A stretch of 64,000 nucleotides of DNA from an uncultured Candidatus Saccharibacteria bacterium. Lineage in GTDB: Bacteria > Patescibacteriota > Minisyncoccia > Phycocordibacterales > UBA6065. Both the position numbers and the translations under genes were made by a program. Position 1 is the stretch's first letter. Each line of letters opens with the position of its first letter. Shown one piece after another: positions 49,868-59,968 of the stretch. Location of the stretch: the NCBI GenBank assembly GCA_964495425.1, contig CAZBVG010000003.1, positions 518-64,517 on the forward strand, read 5' to 3'. The notes beneath the pieces were generated by a model. That model was not told the origin of the DNA. It did not search any database and was given only the letters and a program-made list of their open reading frames with translations.

Positions 49868-50332
49868 ATGTATGAAAATTCGGTTGGCTCAGAAAAGTCG
49901 CTCTTGCCTAAAGAGGCAAGGCTCGCACTCGTAAGGGTTGCTCTGAAAGAAGATGACATATTGGATCGCTTGGAGTCGGCGTCCCGTGATCCTTTTGGTC
50001 GGAATCGGCATATTGCCCATTCGATCGATAGAGAAATCCTCCGAGGTGTTGCAGACGGTGATGAGATCGATAACGAGGATCGGATCTGCAGACATACGGA
50101 AGAAAATTTTATCGAGCCAGATCAAGTCATCGAGAGCGAGGTTTATGACGTCCACGAGGAGTGTCAGTGCGTGGACAACGAGAGCTGCATGATCTGTTGC
50201 ACGCAGTTCGATCTCATGGCATTTCCTGAGCTCAAGAAAGCTCAGTGCACGCGCATTACGGAGGATGACTTCCATGTGATTGTCCCTATCGAACTCGCCG
50301 AACAGCTCGGTTTCACTTGGGATCACAAATAA
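49868..50332 (+). CDS. 154-aa acidic, Cys-rich hypothetical protein (cassette H)
   Basis: ATG 49868 after GAAAGGAAATCCAGTC; HEECQCVDNESCMICC cluster. Confidence 0.65.
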   Translation: MYENSVGSEKSLLPKEARLALVRVALKEDDILDRLESASRDPFGRNRHIAHSIDREILRGVADGDEIDNEDRICRHTEENFIEPDQVIESEVYDVHEECQCVDNESCMICCTQFDLMAFPELKKAQCTRITEDDFHVIVPIELAEQLGFTWDHK

Positions 50333-50345
50333 GTTTCCCAAAATC

Positions 50346-50376
50346 AAAGCCGCCCCTTCAGCAGGGCGGCTTTTTC
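50346..50376. terminator. bidirectional terminator
   Basis: AAAGCCGCCC-CTTCAGCA-GGGCGGCTTTTT. Confidence 0.8.
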
Positions 50377-50386
50377 TTTCTCGAGA

Positions 50387-51700
<1,314 letters not shown>

Positions 51701-51752
51701 TTATATAGGATTTTGTGAATTGCGTAATACTTTACATGGTATACTTTTCCTT

Positions 51753-52097
51753 ATGAAAGTGTTGGCGAAAATTGCACTTAAAATGATCATTATCGGCTTT
51801 ACGATAATGGCGCTCCCTCATTTTATCTCTGGAATTTATGTCAGTGGATTCAAGTATGCGTTATTAGCCGCTTTGGGTGTTGCTCTTGTGAACTTACTTA
51901 TAAAACCGATTGTAAAATTGGTGACAATGCCGGTAAACATAATTACACTCGGACTCTTTGGTCTCATTGTAAATGCGGCACTCTTGTGGTTTGTGGCGTA
52001 TTACACGCCAGGATTTGATGTAGCAACATATCAAGCGGCATTCTTTGGTGCGCTCATTGTTTCAGCGATGAACTGGGTTGTGTCGCATCTAAAATAG
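51753..52097 (+). CDS. YvlD-like 4-TM 'phage holin family' membrane protein
   Basis: N..IKPI...TMPVNIITLGLF.LIVNA; start moved from 51450 to ATG 51753. Confidence 0.85.
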   Translation: MKVLAKIALKMIIIGFTIMALPHFISGIYVSGFKYALLAALGVALVNLLIKPIVKLVTMPVNIITLGLFGLIVNAALLWFVAYYTPGFDVATYQAAFFGALIVSAMNWVVSHLK

Positions 52098-52132
52098 GGT
52101 TGCGAAAGAAATAGATATAGGTATAGTAATGA

Positions 52133-52306
52133 TGTACCTGTTACGATGGTTGTTGGTTGGAATCGCCAGGTTGTTGTCATGAGTTGCATCAGGCAACAAC
52201 CTGTTCCACTTTTGTTCTTTTTGCTCGCATAATGTAGTCATACGCACGACAAGGAGGTTTATATAACCGAATTGTAATCTATCGCCCCCGATCTATGATC
52301 GGGGGC
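52133..52306 (+). ncRNA. candidate structured non-coding RNA of unknown family
   Basis: Own promoter TTGCGA(52100)-16-TATAGT(52122); three helices with G-U pairs; closing hairpin GCCCCCGATC-TAT-GATCGGGGGC; no convincing ORF. Confidence 0.45.
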
Positions 52307-52349
52307 TGAATCTTTATTTATTCCCAATTTTGTTGTAGTTTAAAGCTCT

Positions 52350-53321
52350 ATGGCATTCGTTGATGAAGTAACATTTCATGTCCGGGCAGGTAAAGGAGGC
52401 GACGGGGTCGTGCGTTGGCTTCATGAAAAAGGAAAGGAGTTCATGGGCCCTGCCGGAGGTAATGGGGGCAAAGGCGGAGACGTCTATGTCGAAGCAATCC
52501 GAGATATCAGCATCTTGGCTGGTTATCGTAATACCAAAGTTTTGGAAGCGGGGAATGGCGGTGATGGAAATAAAAAGGGCATGGAAGGTCGTGCGGGAGA
52601 AGATCTAGTTATAAAACTTCCCGTAGGTTCCGTGGTGTACAACAACGACACCCAGCAGTCTTTTGAACTTTTAAAAGAAGGTGAAAAAGTTTTGATATTG
52701 AAAGGAGGACGATACGGACTTGGTAATGAGCATTTTAAAGCATCGACAAATCAGCGCCCTGAGCAGACTACAAATGGCCGCATGGGTGAGGAGGCAGATT
52801 TTCATGTCGTGCTTAAGCTCGTGGTGGATGCCGGTTTTGTAGGTTTTCCTAACGCAGGGAAGTCTTCACTTTTGAATGCACTTACAAACGCAAAGTCTAA
52901 GGTTGCCGCATATCAGTTCACTACACTTGAGCCATCTCTTGGTGACATGCATAAGTTTATCTTGGCGGATATTCCGGGTTTGATTGAGGGGGCGTCAGAA
53001 GGAAAGGGGTTGGGTGATAAATTCTTGAGACATATCTCCCGAACAAAAATGATTTTGCATTGTATTTCACTCGAGAACGAAAACATTGCTGAGGCGTATC
53101 ATACTATTCGAAAAGAGCTTGAAAATTATTCCGAGGAACTTGCTTCAAAAGATGAGATTGTGATTCTTACTAAAACTGATCTAGTTGATGAAAAGACACT
53201 TAAGGCAAAAGTAAAAGAAGCAAAGAAACTTAATCCAAAAGTACTATTTGTCTCTGTTATACATGATGGGCAGGTGAAGGCTCTTAAAGACGATTTGGTC
53301 AAAATCCTGCGCGAGATATAA
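52350..53321 (+). CDS. obgE: GTPase Obg/CgtA (short form without a C-terminal domain)
   Basis: FVDE, Gly-rich Obg fold, GFPNAGKS, YQFTTL, DIPGLIEGA, TKTD. Confidence 0.96.
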   Translation: MAFVDEVTFHVRAGKGGDGVVRWLHEKGKEFMGPAGGNGGKGGDVYVEAIRDISILAGYRNTKVLEAGNGGDGNKKGMEGRAGEDLVIKLPVGSVVYNNDTQQSFELLKEGEKVLILKGGRYGLGNEHFKASTNQRPEQTTNGRMGEEADFHVVLKLVVDAGFVGFPNAGKSSLLNALTNAKSKVAAYQFTTLEPSLGDMHKFILADIPGLIEGASEGKGLGDKFLRHISRTKMILHCISLENENIAEAYHTIRKELENYSEELASKDEIVILTKTDLVDEKTLKAKVKEAKKLNPKVLFVSVIHDGQVKALKDDLVKILREI

Positions 53322-53329
53322 TGAACGGA

Positions 53330-54763
53330 ATGAAAACCTACAAGGCAACAATCGGCCTCGAAATACATGCTGAGCTCAAAACACAGACAAAGATGTTCTG
53401 TGACTCTAAAAACGATCCCTTTAACGCGAAACCTAATGAGCATGTTTGTCCTGTGTGTATGGGTCATCCAGGTACGTTGCCAGTTATCAACAAGAAAGCA
53501 GTGGAATCAGTTTTGCGTGTGGGAACCGCAATTGGTGCCAAACTTGCTGATTTCACCGAATTTGATCGTAAGAATTACTTCTATCCTGATATTCCAAAAG
53601 GCTACCAGCTTTCACAGTATAAATATCCTCTCGTATCAGGCGGAGAGCTTGCGGGTGTAAAAATTACTCGAGTGCATCTCGAAGAAGATACTGCCTCATC
53701 AGGTCACGATGAAGGTGATTACTCTTTGGTTGATTTTAATCGTGCGGGTGTGCCACTCATGGAATTGGTGACTGAACCCGTCATTCATTCGGCTGAAGAG
53801 GCGGGGAATTTTGGACGAGAGCTACAGCTCCTGCTTCGAACACTCGGAGTTTCTGAAGCAAATATGGAAAAGGGTGAAATGCGTGTCGAGGCAAATATTT
53901 CTGTTTCACCAACTGAAAAGTTCGGCACAAAGGTAGAGGTAAAAAATCTCAACTCATTTAAAGCTGCTGAAAAGGCAATTGAGTACGAAATTAAGCGACA
54001 TATCGAAGTACTTGAATCTGGAGGCAAGATTGAACAGGAGACGCGAGGTTGGGACGATAATAAGGGAAAGACGTTCAGTCAGCGAAAAAAAGAAGACAGT
54101 CATGATTATCGTTATTTTCCTGATCCTGATTTGCCAAAGCTTAAAATCTCAGAGATTTCTGAATTTTCATTAGAGAATCTAAAGAAAAGCCTGCCTGAGC
54201 TTCCATGGGAGAAGCGTGAACGTTATGCAAAGCTCGGTCTTAAAACGACAGATATCTATATATATGTAACGATTCCTGAGGTAGGAGGGTTCTTTGAGGC
54301 AACTGCGAAGGCTCTCGGAGACAAAAAGGAATCTATGTTCCTTGCCTCAAACTACATTTCATCAGATATTTTAGGTCTTATTAAGAAAAAGCACGGAGAA
54401 GGAAAGGAACATGAGATTGTTAAATTACCGTTTGGCCCGAAGGAATTTGCGAAACTTATTACACTCATAGAAAAGAAAACGGTGTCTTCACGCGGTGCAA
54501 AAGATATTCTTGCACTTATGTTTGAATCAGGAGGTGATGCAGAAAAGATAGCAACCGAAAAAGGTCTCACACAGAAATCAGATGAAGGTGCAATTAAAAA
54601 GATCGCGCAGGAAGTAATTGCAGAAAATCCAACCGTGGTAACTGATTACAAAAACGGTAAACAGGCATCACTCATGTTTCTTGTTGGCCAGGGGATGAAA
54701 AAATCTAAAGGTTCAGCAAACCCCGAGCTTCTTAAGGCAGCACTCCTTTCGCTCATTTCTTAA
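53330..54763 (+). CDS. gatB: Asp/Glu-tRNA amidotransferase subunit B
   Basis: IGLEIH, PGTLP, FDRKNYFYPD, HLEED, DFNRAG.PL.E.VTEP, YRYFPDPDL. Confidence 0.97.
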   Translation: MKTYKATIGLEIHAELKTQTKMFCDSKNDPFNAKPNEHVCPVCMGHPGTLPVINKKAVESVLRVGTAIGAKLADFTEFDRKNYFYPDIPKGYQLSQYKYPLVSGGELAGVKITRVHLEEDTASSGHDEGDYSLVDFNRAGVPLMELVTEPVIHSAEEAGNFGRELQLLLRTLGVSEANMEKGEMRVEANISVSPTEKFGTKVEVKNLNSFKAAEKAIEYEIKRHIEVLESGGKIEQETRGWDDNKGKTFSQRKKEDSHDYRYFPDPDLPKLKISEISEFSLENLKKSLPELPWEKRERYAKLGLKTTDIYIYVTIPEVGGFFEATAKALGDKKESMFLASNYISSDILGLIKKKHGEGKEHEIVKLPFGPKEFAKLITLIEKKTVSSRGAKDILALMFESGGDAEKIATEKGLTQKSDEGAIKKIAQEVIAENPTVVTDYKNGKQASLMFLVGQGMKKSKGSANPELLKAALLSLIS

Positions 54764-55237
54764 ATGATGAAGAAATATATTTTTGCGTTGGTATGTTTGA
54801 TTACTCTTACGGTAATCGCGGTTCTGTGGACTAAACAGCCGGGAACCGACGGGAGTACTGTGTCGCCAAAAGATCTTTCATATAAGGAAATTCCTCTAAC
54901 CATTGCCTCAACTACATTTACTGCCTATGTTTCAGATACAGCAGAGCTGAGATCTAGAGGTTTAAGCAGATTTTCACCACTTAAATCGACTGAAGCTATG
55001 CTTTTCATGTTTGAAAACGAAGGAATGTGGGATTTTTGGATGAAGGATATGATATTTTCTCTCGATATGATCTGGGTTGATGCATCAAAAACAATAGTCG
55101 GGATAGAAAAGAATGTTTCTCCGAACTCATTTCCTAAAAGTTTTTCAGCGGGAACGAAATCGATGTATGTCATTGAAGTGAATGCAGGCACTTCTGATAT
55201 GTTTGGGATAGATGTGGGTGATAGGGTGATTTTTTAA
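54764..55237 (+). CDS. DUF192 family exported protein
   Basis: R..GLS, MLF.F, FWMKDM.F.LD.IW, VIEVNAG; N-terminal TM. Confidence 0.88.
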   Translation: MMKKYIFALVCLITLTVIAVLWTKQPGTDGSTVSPKDLSYKEIPLTIASTTFTAYVSDTAELRSRGLSRFSPLKSTEAMLFMFENEGMWDFWMKDMIFSLDMIWVDASKTIVGIEKNVSPNSFPKSFSAGTKSMYVIEVNAGTSDMFGIDVGDRVIF

Positions 55238-55592
55238 TTATTTTTAAGTGGGAAATTATTTTTTGAGAAATTTTTCGGTGGGAAAAAATCGCTTCTAAGG
55301 CGATTTTTTGTTGTGAATATCCCCAACTCATCAATTTTTCAGTTCGCGTTATATAAAAGTCCGTAAAAGACTTCAAGGACATTTCTAAAATGAGATGATT
55401 TTAAGCGACGGTATGCGTGTCGCACAAAAACTGGTTTGCCGACTGATGGATTGCATGTCATAACAAATTTTTTCTGCTCTTTAGTATTCTTTTCCCACTA
55501 CCGCTCATGTAAAATAATTGAGCGTAATTTTTTGAAAGTTTGAGAGGGAGCTCAGATAAGTATTACAAGCCTTTATAAGCATCTGTAGTTAC

Positions 55593-58376
55593 ATGAATAT
55601 TTTCATAACCAAGCGAGACGGTACAAAAGAATTGTTTAATGCAAACAAAATCAACCGCTCAATCGAACGAGCGTCTGCTGGTCTTGCTGACCCCATTTCA
55701 ATGGTGACTCAGATTGCGACAGATACTCGGCTCACCATGTACGATGGCATGACAACCGAAGAGCTCGACAAGGCGACCATTAACGCTGCTATCCAGAACA
55801 TCAAGGATGATACTGATTTTGATAAGGTGGCAACCCGACTTCTCCTTAAAACTATCTATAAGAAGGTTATTGGTGACTATGACACCGAAAATCCACAGGA
55901 TTTGGAAGAAAAGCATCGTGCGGCATTCATTGAGTATGTAAAGAAGGGGGTTACAGAAAACAGACTTCATCCTGATATGCTCAAGTATGATCTTGTAAAG
56001 CTTTCACATGCACTCGATATCTCTCGAGATGATCTTTTCTTGTATTCAGGTCTTGATGGTCTTATGAATCGATATTCGATTCGAAATGTGAAGCAGGAAA
56101 TGGTTGAAACTCCTCAGTATCTTTTTATGCGTATTGCTATGGGTCTTGCATATAACGAAGCTGATCCAAATGAATGGGCTATCAGGTTCTATAACAAAAT
56201 GTCGAAGCATGAGTATATCGCTGGTGGTTCGACAAATGTGGGAGCAGGAACGAACAGACCATCACTTTCAAACTGTTTCCTTCTTGAAATTCATGACAAC
56301 ATGGAGCATATCGCAAAATCTGTTTCAGATGTCATGCTTCTATCAAAGGGCTCGGGAGGTATCGGTGCTTCAATCACAAAGCTACGTGCTTCAGGATCAC
56401 CGCTTAAATCAAACTTCGGTGGTGTATCAACTGGTCCAACTACATTTGCGAAAATTATTGATACCGCTATCCGAGCGATACAGCGAGGAGGCAAGAAAAA
56501 GGGTGCTCTCTGTTTCTACATGGAGAATTGGCACCTAGATTTCCCTGAATTCATTGATTGGAAGCATAATGCTGGAGATGACTATCTCCGAATGAGAACA
56601 GCAAATACCGCTGCGTATTTATCTGATGAATTCATGAAGCGCGTTATTTCCGGCCAGGATTGGTACATGTTTGATCCAGCGGAAACCCCAGAGCTCAATG
56701 AGCTTTACGGCGCTAAATTCTCTGAGAAATACAAGGAATATGCAGCTAAAGCAGAACGAGGTGAGCTCAGGACGTTTAAGAAAGTTCCAGCAACAGAGCA
56801 GTGGAGACAGATTATTACTTCTCTCCAGTCTACTTCACATCCTTGGATTACCTGGAAAGATCCAATCAACCTCCGAGCGCTCAATAACAACACGGGTACG
56901 ATTCACATGTCGAACCTTTGTACAGAAATTTGTCTTCCTCAAGATAAGGACAATGTAGCGGTGTGCAATCTCATTTCAGTAAATCTCGCCGGACATATTA
57001 ATAACAAGGAGGTTAACTGGTCAAAGCTTGAAGAGTCAGTGCGACTTGCGGTCCGACAGCTCGATAACTTGATTGATATTAACAAGCTCCCGATTCCAGA
57101 GGCAGTTAAGTCAGATAAAGAAAACCGTGCAATTGGTCTCGGTGTGATGGGTTTTGCAGACGCTATTGAACAGCTTGGTATGGCGTATGACTCTGAACAC
57201 GCATGGGATTTCGCTGATCGAATCTTTGAATTCGTTTCATACATGGCAATTGATGAGTCAGCAAATCTCGCACAGACTCGAGGCGCATACAAAAATTTCC
57301 CAGGATCACGATGGTCACAAGGTATGGTTCCTGTTGATTCGATCAAGGCGCTTGAAGCAGATCGAGGTCGACCAGTTACTGTATCAAAGGAATCTCGACA
57401 TAAAGGCCTTAACTGGGATCTTCTTCGATCAAAGGTTAAGCGAGGTATGCGAAACGCAACGCTCATGGCGATCGCTCCAAATGCAAACATTGGTCTAGTA
57501 GCGGGCACAACTCCAGGTATGGATCCGCGATTCGCACAGGTATTCTCTCGAAACAAGATTTCAGGTAAGTACATGGATATCAACCATAATCTTGTGAAGG
57601 ATTTGAAGAACATGGGTATTTGGGAGAAAGTTCGAGAACAGATCATTGCAAGCCAAGGAAATATCGAATCAATTGAAGGTATTCCTCAACACGTAAAAGA
57701 TATCTACAAGACTTCATTTACTACATCTCCAATGGCCTTTATCGAAGTTGCTGCTCGTGCACAGAAGTGGATTGATCAGGCAATTTCTCGAAATATGTAT
57801 CTTCGAACCCGAGACGTTGATGAGACTATGAAAATTTATACTGCTGCATGGGAGAAGGGTGTAAAGACTACATATTATCTCCACATGGAACCACGCCATA
57901 CTGCAGAGCAGTCTACGGTTCGTGTAAACAAGGCCGAGAAAATTGGTAAGGTGGGATTTGCTGCTGTAGCTGCAGGATTGTCAGACAAAAAAGCTGCGTT
58001 TGATGTCCCACTTCAGAAATCGCTTGATATTGCTGAACCAGCACCTCTTGTAACTCCGACTGTTTCTCCAATCCTTGAAAAGGCACCAGTTCAGGAACAA
58101 TTCAAAGCACCAGAACCCCGACCAGCAACAGTTTCTTGGAATATAAATCGAATAGCATCTTCAGCACCACTCGCAGAAGTTGCAGTTGCACCAAAGGTAG
58201 AGGAGGCAAAACAGTCTGCTGGCTATCAATCACTCGCATCACTTGCTGCAGTCGCTTCATCAGGGTCTACTTTAGCTTCATCTGTTGAATCAAAGAAGCC
58301 TCGTGTTATAATCGCTGGCAATAAAACCTGTCCGACTGATCCAGCTGATCTTGCTCAGTGTGATTCATGTCAGTAA
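55593..58376 (+). CDS. nrdA: class I ribonucleotide reductase alpha subunit with an N-terminal ATP cone
   Basis: ITKRDG cone, LSNCF, SNLCTEI, VCNL, APNA, KTTYY, terminal CDSCQ. Confidence 0.96.
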   Translation: MNIFITKRDGTKELFNANKINRSIERASAGLADPISMVTQIATDTRLTMYDGMTTEELDKATINAAIQNIKDDTDFDKVATRLLLKTIYKKVIGDYDTENPQDLEEKHRAAFIEYVKKGVTENRLHPDMLKYDLVKLSHALDISRDDLFLYSGLDGLMNRYSIRNVKQEMVETPQYLFMRIAMGLAYNEADPNEWAIRFYNKMSKHEYIAGGSTNVGAGTNRPSLSNCFLLEIHDNMEHIAKSVSDVMLLSKGSGGIGASITKLRASGSPLKSNFGGVSTGPTTFAKIIDTAIRAIQRGGKKKGALCFYMENWHLDFPEFIDWKHNAGDDYLRMRTANTAAYLSDEFMKRVISGQDWYMFDPAETPELNELYGAKFSEKYKEYAAKAERGELRTFKKVPATEQWRQIITSLQSTSHPWITWKDPINLRALNNNTGTIHMSNLCTEICLPQDKDNVAVCNLISVNLAGHINNKEVNWSKLEESVRLAVRQLDNLIDINKLPIPEAVKSDKENRAIGLGVMGFADAIEQLGMAYDSEHAWDFADRIFEFVSYMAIDESANLAQTRGAYKNFPGSRWSQGMVPVDSIKALEADRGRPVTVSKESRHKGLNWDLLRSKVKRGMRNATLMAIAPNANIGLVAGTTPGMDPRFAQVFSRNKISGKYMDINHNLVKDLKNMGIWEKVREQIIASQGNIESIEGIPQHVKDIYKTSFTTSPMAFIEVAARAQKWIDQAISRNMYLRTRDVDETMKIYTAAWEKGVKTTYYLHMEPRHTAEQSTVRVNKAEKIGKVGFAAVAAGLSDKKAAFDVPLQKSLDIAEPAPLVTPTVSPILEKAPVQEQFKAPEPRPATVSWNINRIASSAPLAEVAVAPKVEEAKQSAGYQSLASLAAVASSGSTLASSVESKKPRVIIAGNKTCPTDPADLAQCDSCQ

Positions 58377-58513
58377 GGGAAGTATTCTTTTACATTTGAA
58401 AGCGGGTACATACACAACACCCGCGTAAGTCGAAAGACTTTTTGCTCATACGTTATATCTTTCACGCGTAGGGGGATTTTTACCAACATTACTACATAGT
58501 TTTTAGAACAATC

Positions 58514-59494
58514 ATGCTTATCGGAAAAGCTTCTCCGGAAGATGTAAACTTGCACCCGTTAAAGTACAAGTGGGCGTACGATTTGTACAATCAGGCAGTG
58601 CGAAATACATGGTTTCCTCATGAAATCGCACTCAAAGAAGATCTCGAAGACTGGGCAAAGATGACTGAGGATGAACGACATGCCGTTAAATTCCTGATGG
58701 CGTTCTTTAACCCAGCTGAACTAATCGTGAACCGATCGATTGCTCTCGGTATTTATCCATATCTAAAGTCTCCAGAATGCCATCTTTATCTTGCAAAGCA
58801 GATGTGGGAGGAGGCAAATCACTGTGTAGCATTCGAATACGTACTCGAAACATTCCCGTTTGATCGAGAAAAGATTTACAACGTTCACCTTGAAATTCCA
58901 TCAATGCAGGCAAAGGAGGCCTACATTACGAAATACATGAAGCGAATGATGGATGACAAGCTTGATATTTCAACAGCAGATGGAAAGAAGGATTTCATTC
59001 GAAATCTTGTTGCAACAAATATCGTGATGGAGGGAATTTGGTTCTATTCAGGATTTATGGTGGCGCTTTCATTCCGTCAGCGAAATCAGCTCCGAAACTT
59101 CGGTTCTATGATTAATTGGGTGCTTCGAGATGAATCGCTTCACCTCAAGTTTGGTATGAATCTCATTCACAATATTCTTGAGGAAAATGCAGAGCTTCTT
59201 ACCGAAGATTTTGCAACAGAGATTCGAAATATCATTATTGAAGGCGTGAATCTTGAGGTTAATTACAACAAAGATCTCTTCCCGAACGGCATCTTAGGTC
59301 TCAATGCTGATTATGTAAATCAGTACGTGATGTATGTGACGGATCGACGACTCGAAGAGCTTGGTTTGCCAAAGTACTACAATGCAACTAATCCAGCAAA
59401 ATGGATGGCTACATCAACTGATGTATTCGAGCTCGTAAACTTCTTTGAGGCACAGAATACCAACTACGAAGTAGACGGGGGACACAAGAAATAG
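58514..59494 (+). CDS. nrdB: class I ribonucleotide reductase beta subunit with class Ic (Mn/Fe) signature
   Basis: E69, E100-x-x-H103, F107 at the radical-Tyr position, EGIWFYSGF, RDESLH, NFFE. Confidence 0.93.
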   Translation: MLIGKASPEDVNLHPLKYKWAYDLYNQAVRNTWFPHEIALKEDLEDWAKMTEDERHAVKFLMAFFNPAELIVNRSIALGIYPYLKSPECHLYLAKQMWEEANHCVAFEYVLETFPFDREKIYNVHLEIPSMQAKEAYITKYMKRMMDDKLDISTADGKKDFIRNLVATNIVMEGIWFYSGFMVALSFRQRNQLRNFGSMINWVLRDESLHLKFGMNLIHNILEENAELLTEDFATEIRNIIIEGVNLEVNYNKDLFPNGILGLNADYVNQYVMYVTDRRLEELGLPKYYNATNPAKWMATSTDVFELVNFFEAQNTNYEVDGGHKK

Positions 59495-59513
59495 AAAACA
59501 GAACAGGTATAGA

Positions 59514-59540
59514 AAAAGTCCGCCTTTAGGGCGGACTTTT
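59514..59540. terminator. bidirectional terminator between nrdB and rnpB
   Basis: AAAAGTCCGCCT-TTA-GGGCGGACTTTT. Confidence 0.8.
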
Positions 59541-59547
59541 CCATTGT

Positions 59548-59864
59548 GTCTGTATCGATAAGCCGAATTTTGTCGTGGACGACCATTTATCTGGGATCTT
59601 TGTTGCCAAAGACCTCGAGCGGCACTCCGATCTTGCGATCGGCACGGCCTTGCACATAGGTAAGGATTTTGCCGTTGCACCCTTATGTTTCCATAAAGAC
59701 TATCCCGAAGGATATCTTCCTTCTTTCGTTGGAAGCCGTTTCTGTTCGCACCTCTCAGGTTGCCCTGGACGGGTGTTACCCGCTACCGTGCTCCGGGCTT
59801 GCGCCCGGATGTGTTCGGACTTTCCTCTCTTGTTTTAAGGCAAGAGCGGCCGTCTAATACAGGC
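59548..59864 (-). ncRNA. rnpB: RNase P RNA
   Basis: Minus strand has GAGGAAAGTCCG near the 5' end, ACAGAAAC, AGATAAATG and ACAAAATTCGGCTTAT near the 3' end; P1 GCCTGTATT/GATACAGAC. Confidence 0.93.
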
Positions 59865-59968
59865 CACTACTTTATACACTCTTTTTGAGAAAAAGCTAGC
59901 AAGTTATTCATTGATGTCAGCCTAGCGATTCTATATAATTGATTCATTAATCCCTTAATAACGAAACG

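Noticed and set aside
56939-57646. 235-aa antisense ORF in nrdA, and similar shadow ORFs such as 1102..1539, 40118..40591, 44019..44510 and 49889..50347
   Set aside because: They lie antisense or out of frame to well-supported genes and show no motifs or expression signals.
59414-59857. ORFs 59414..59680, 59575..59838 and 59669..59857
   Set aside because: They overlap the RNase P RNA gene and have no protein motifs.
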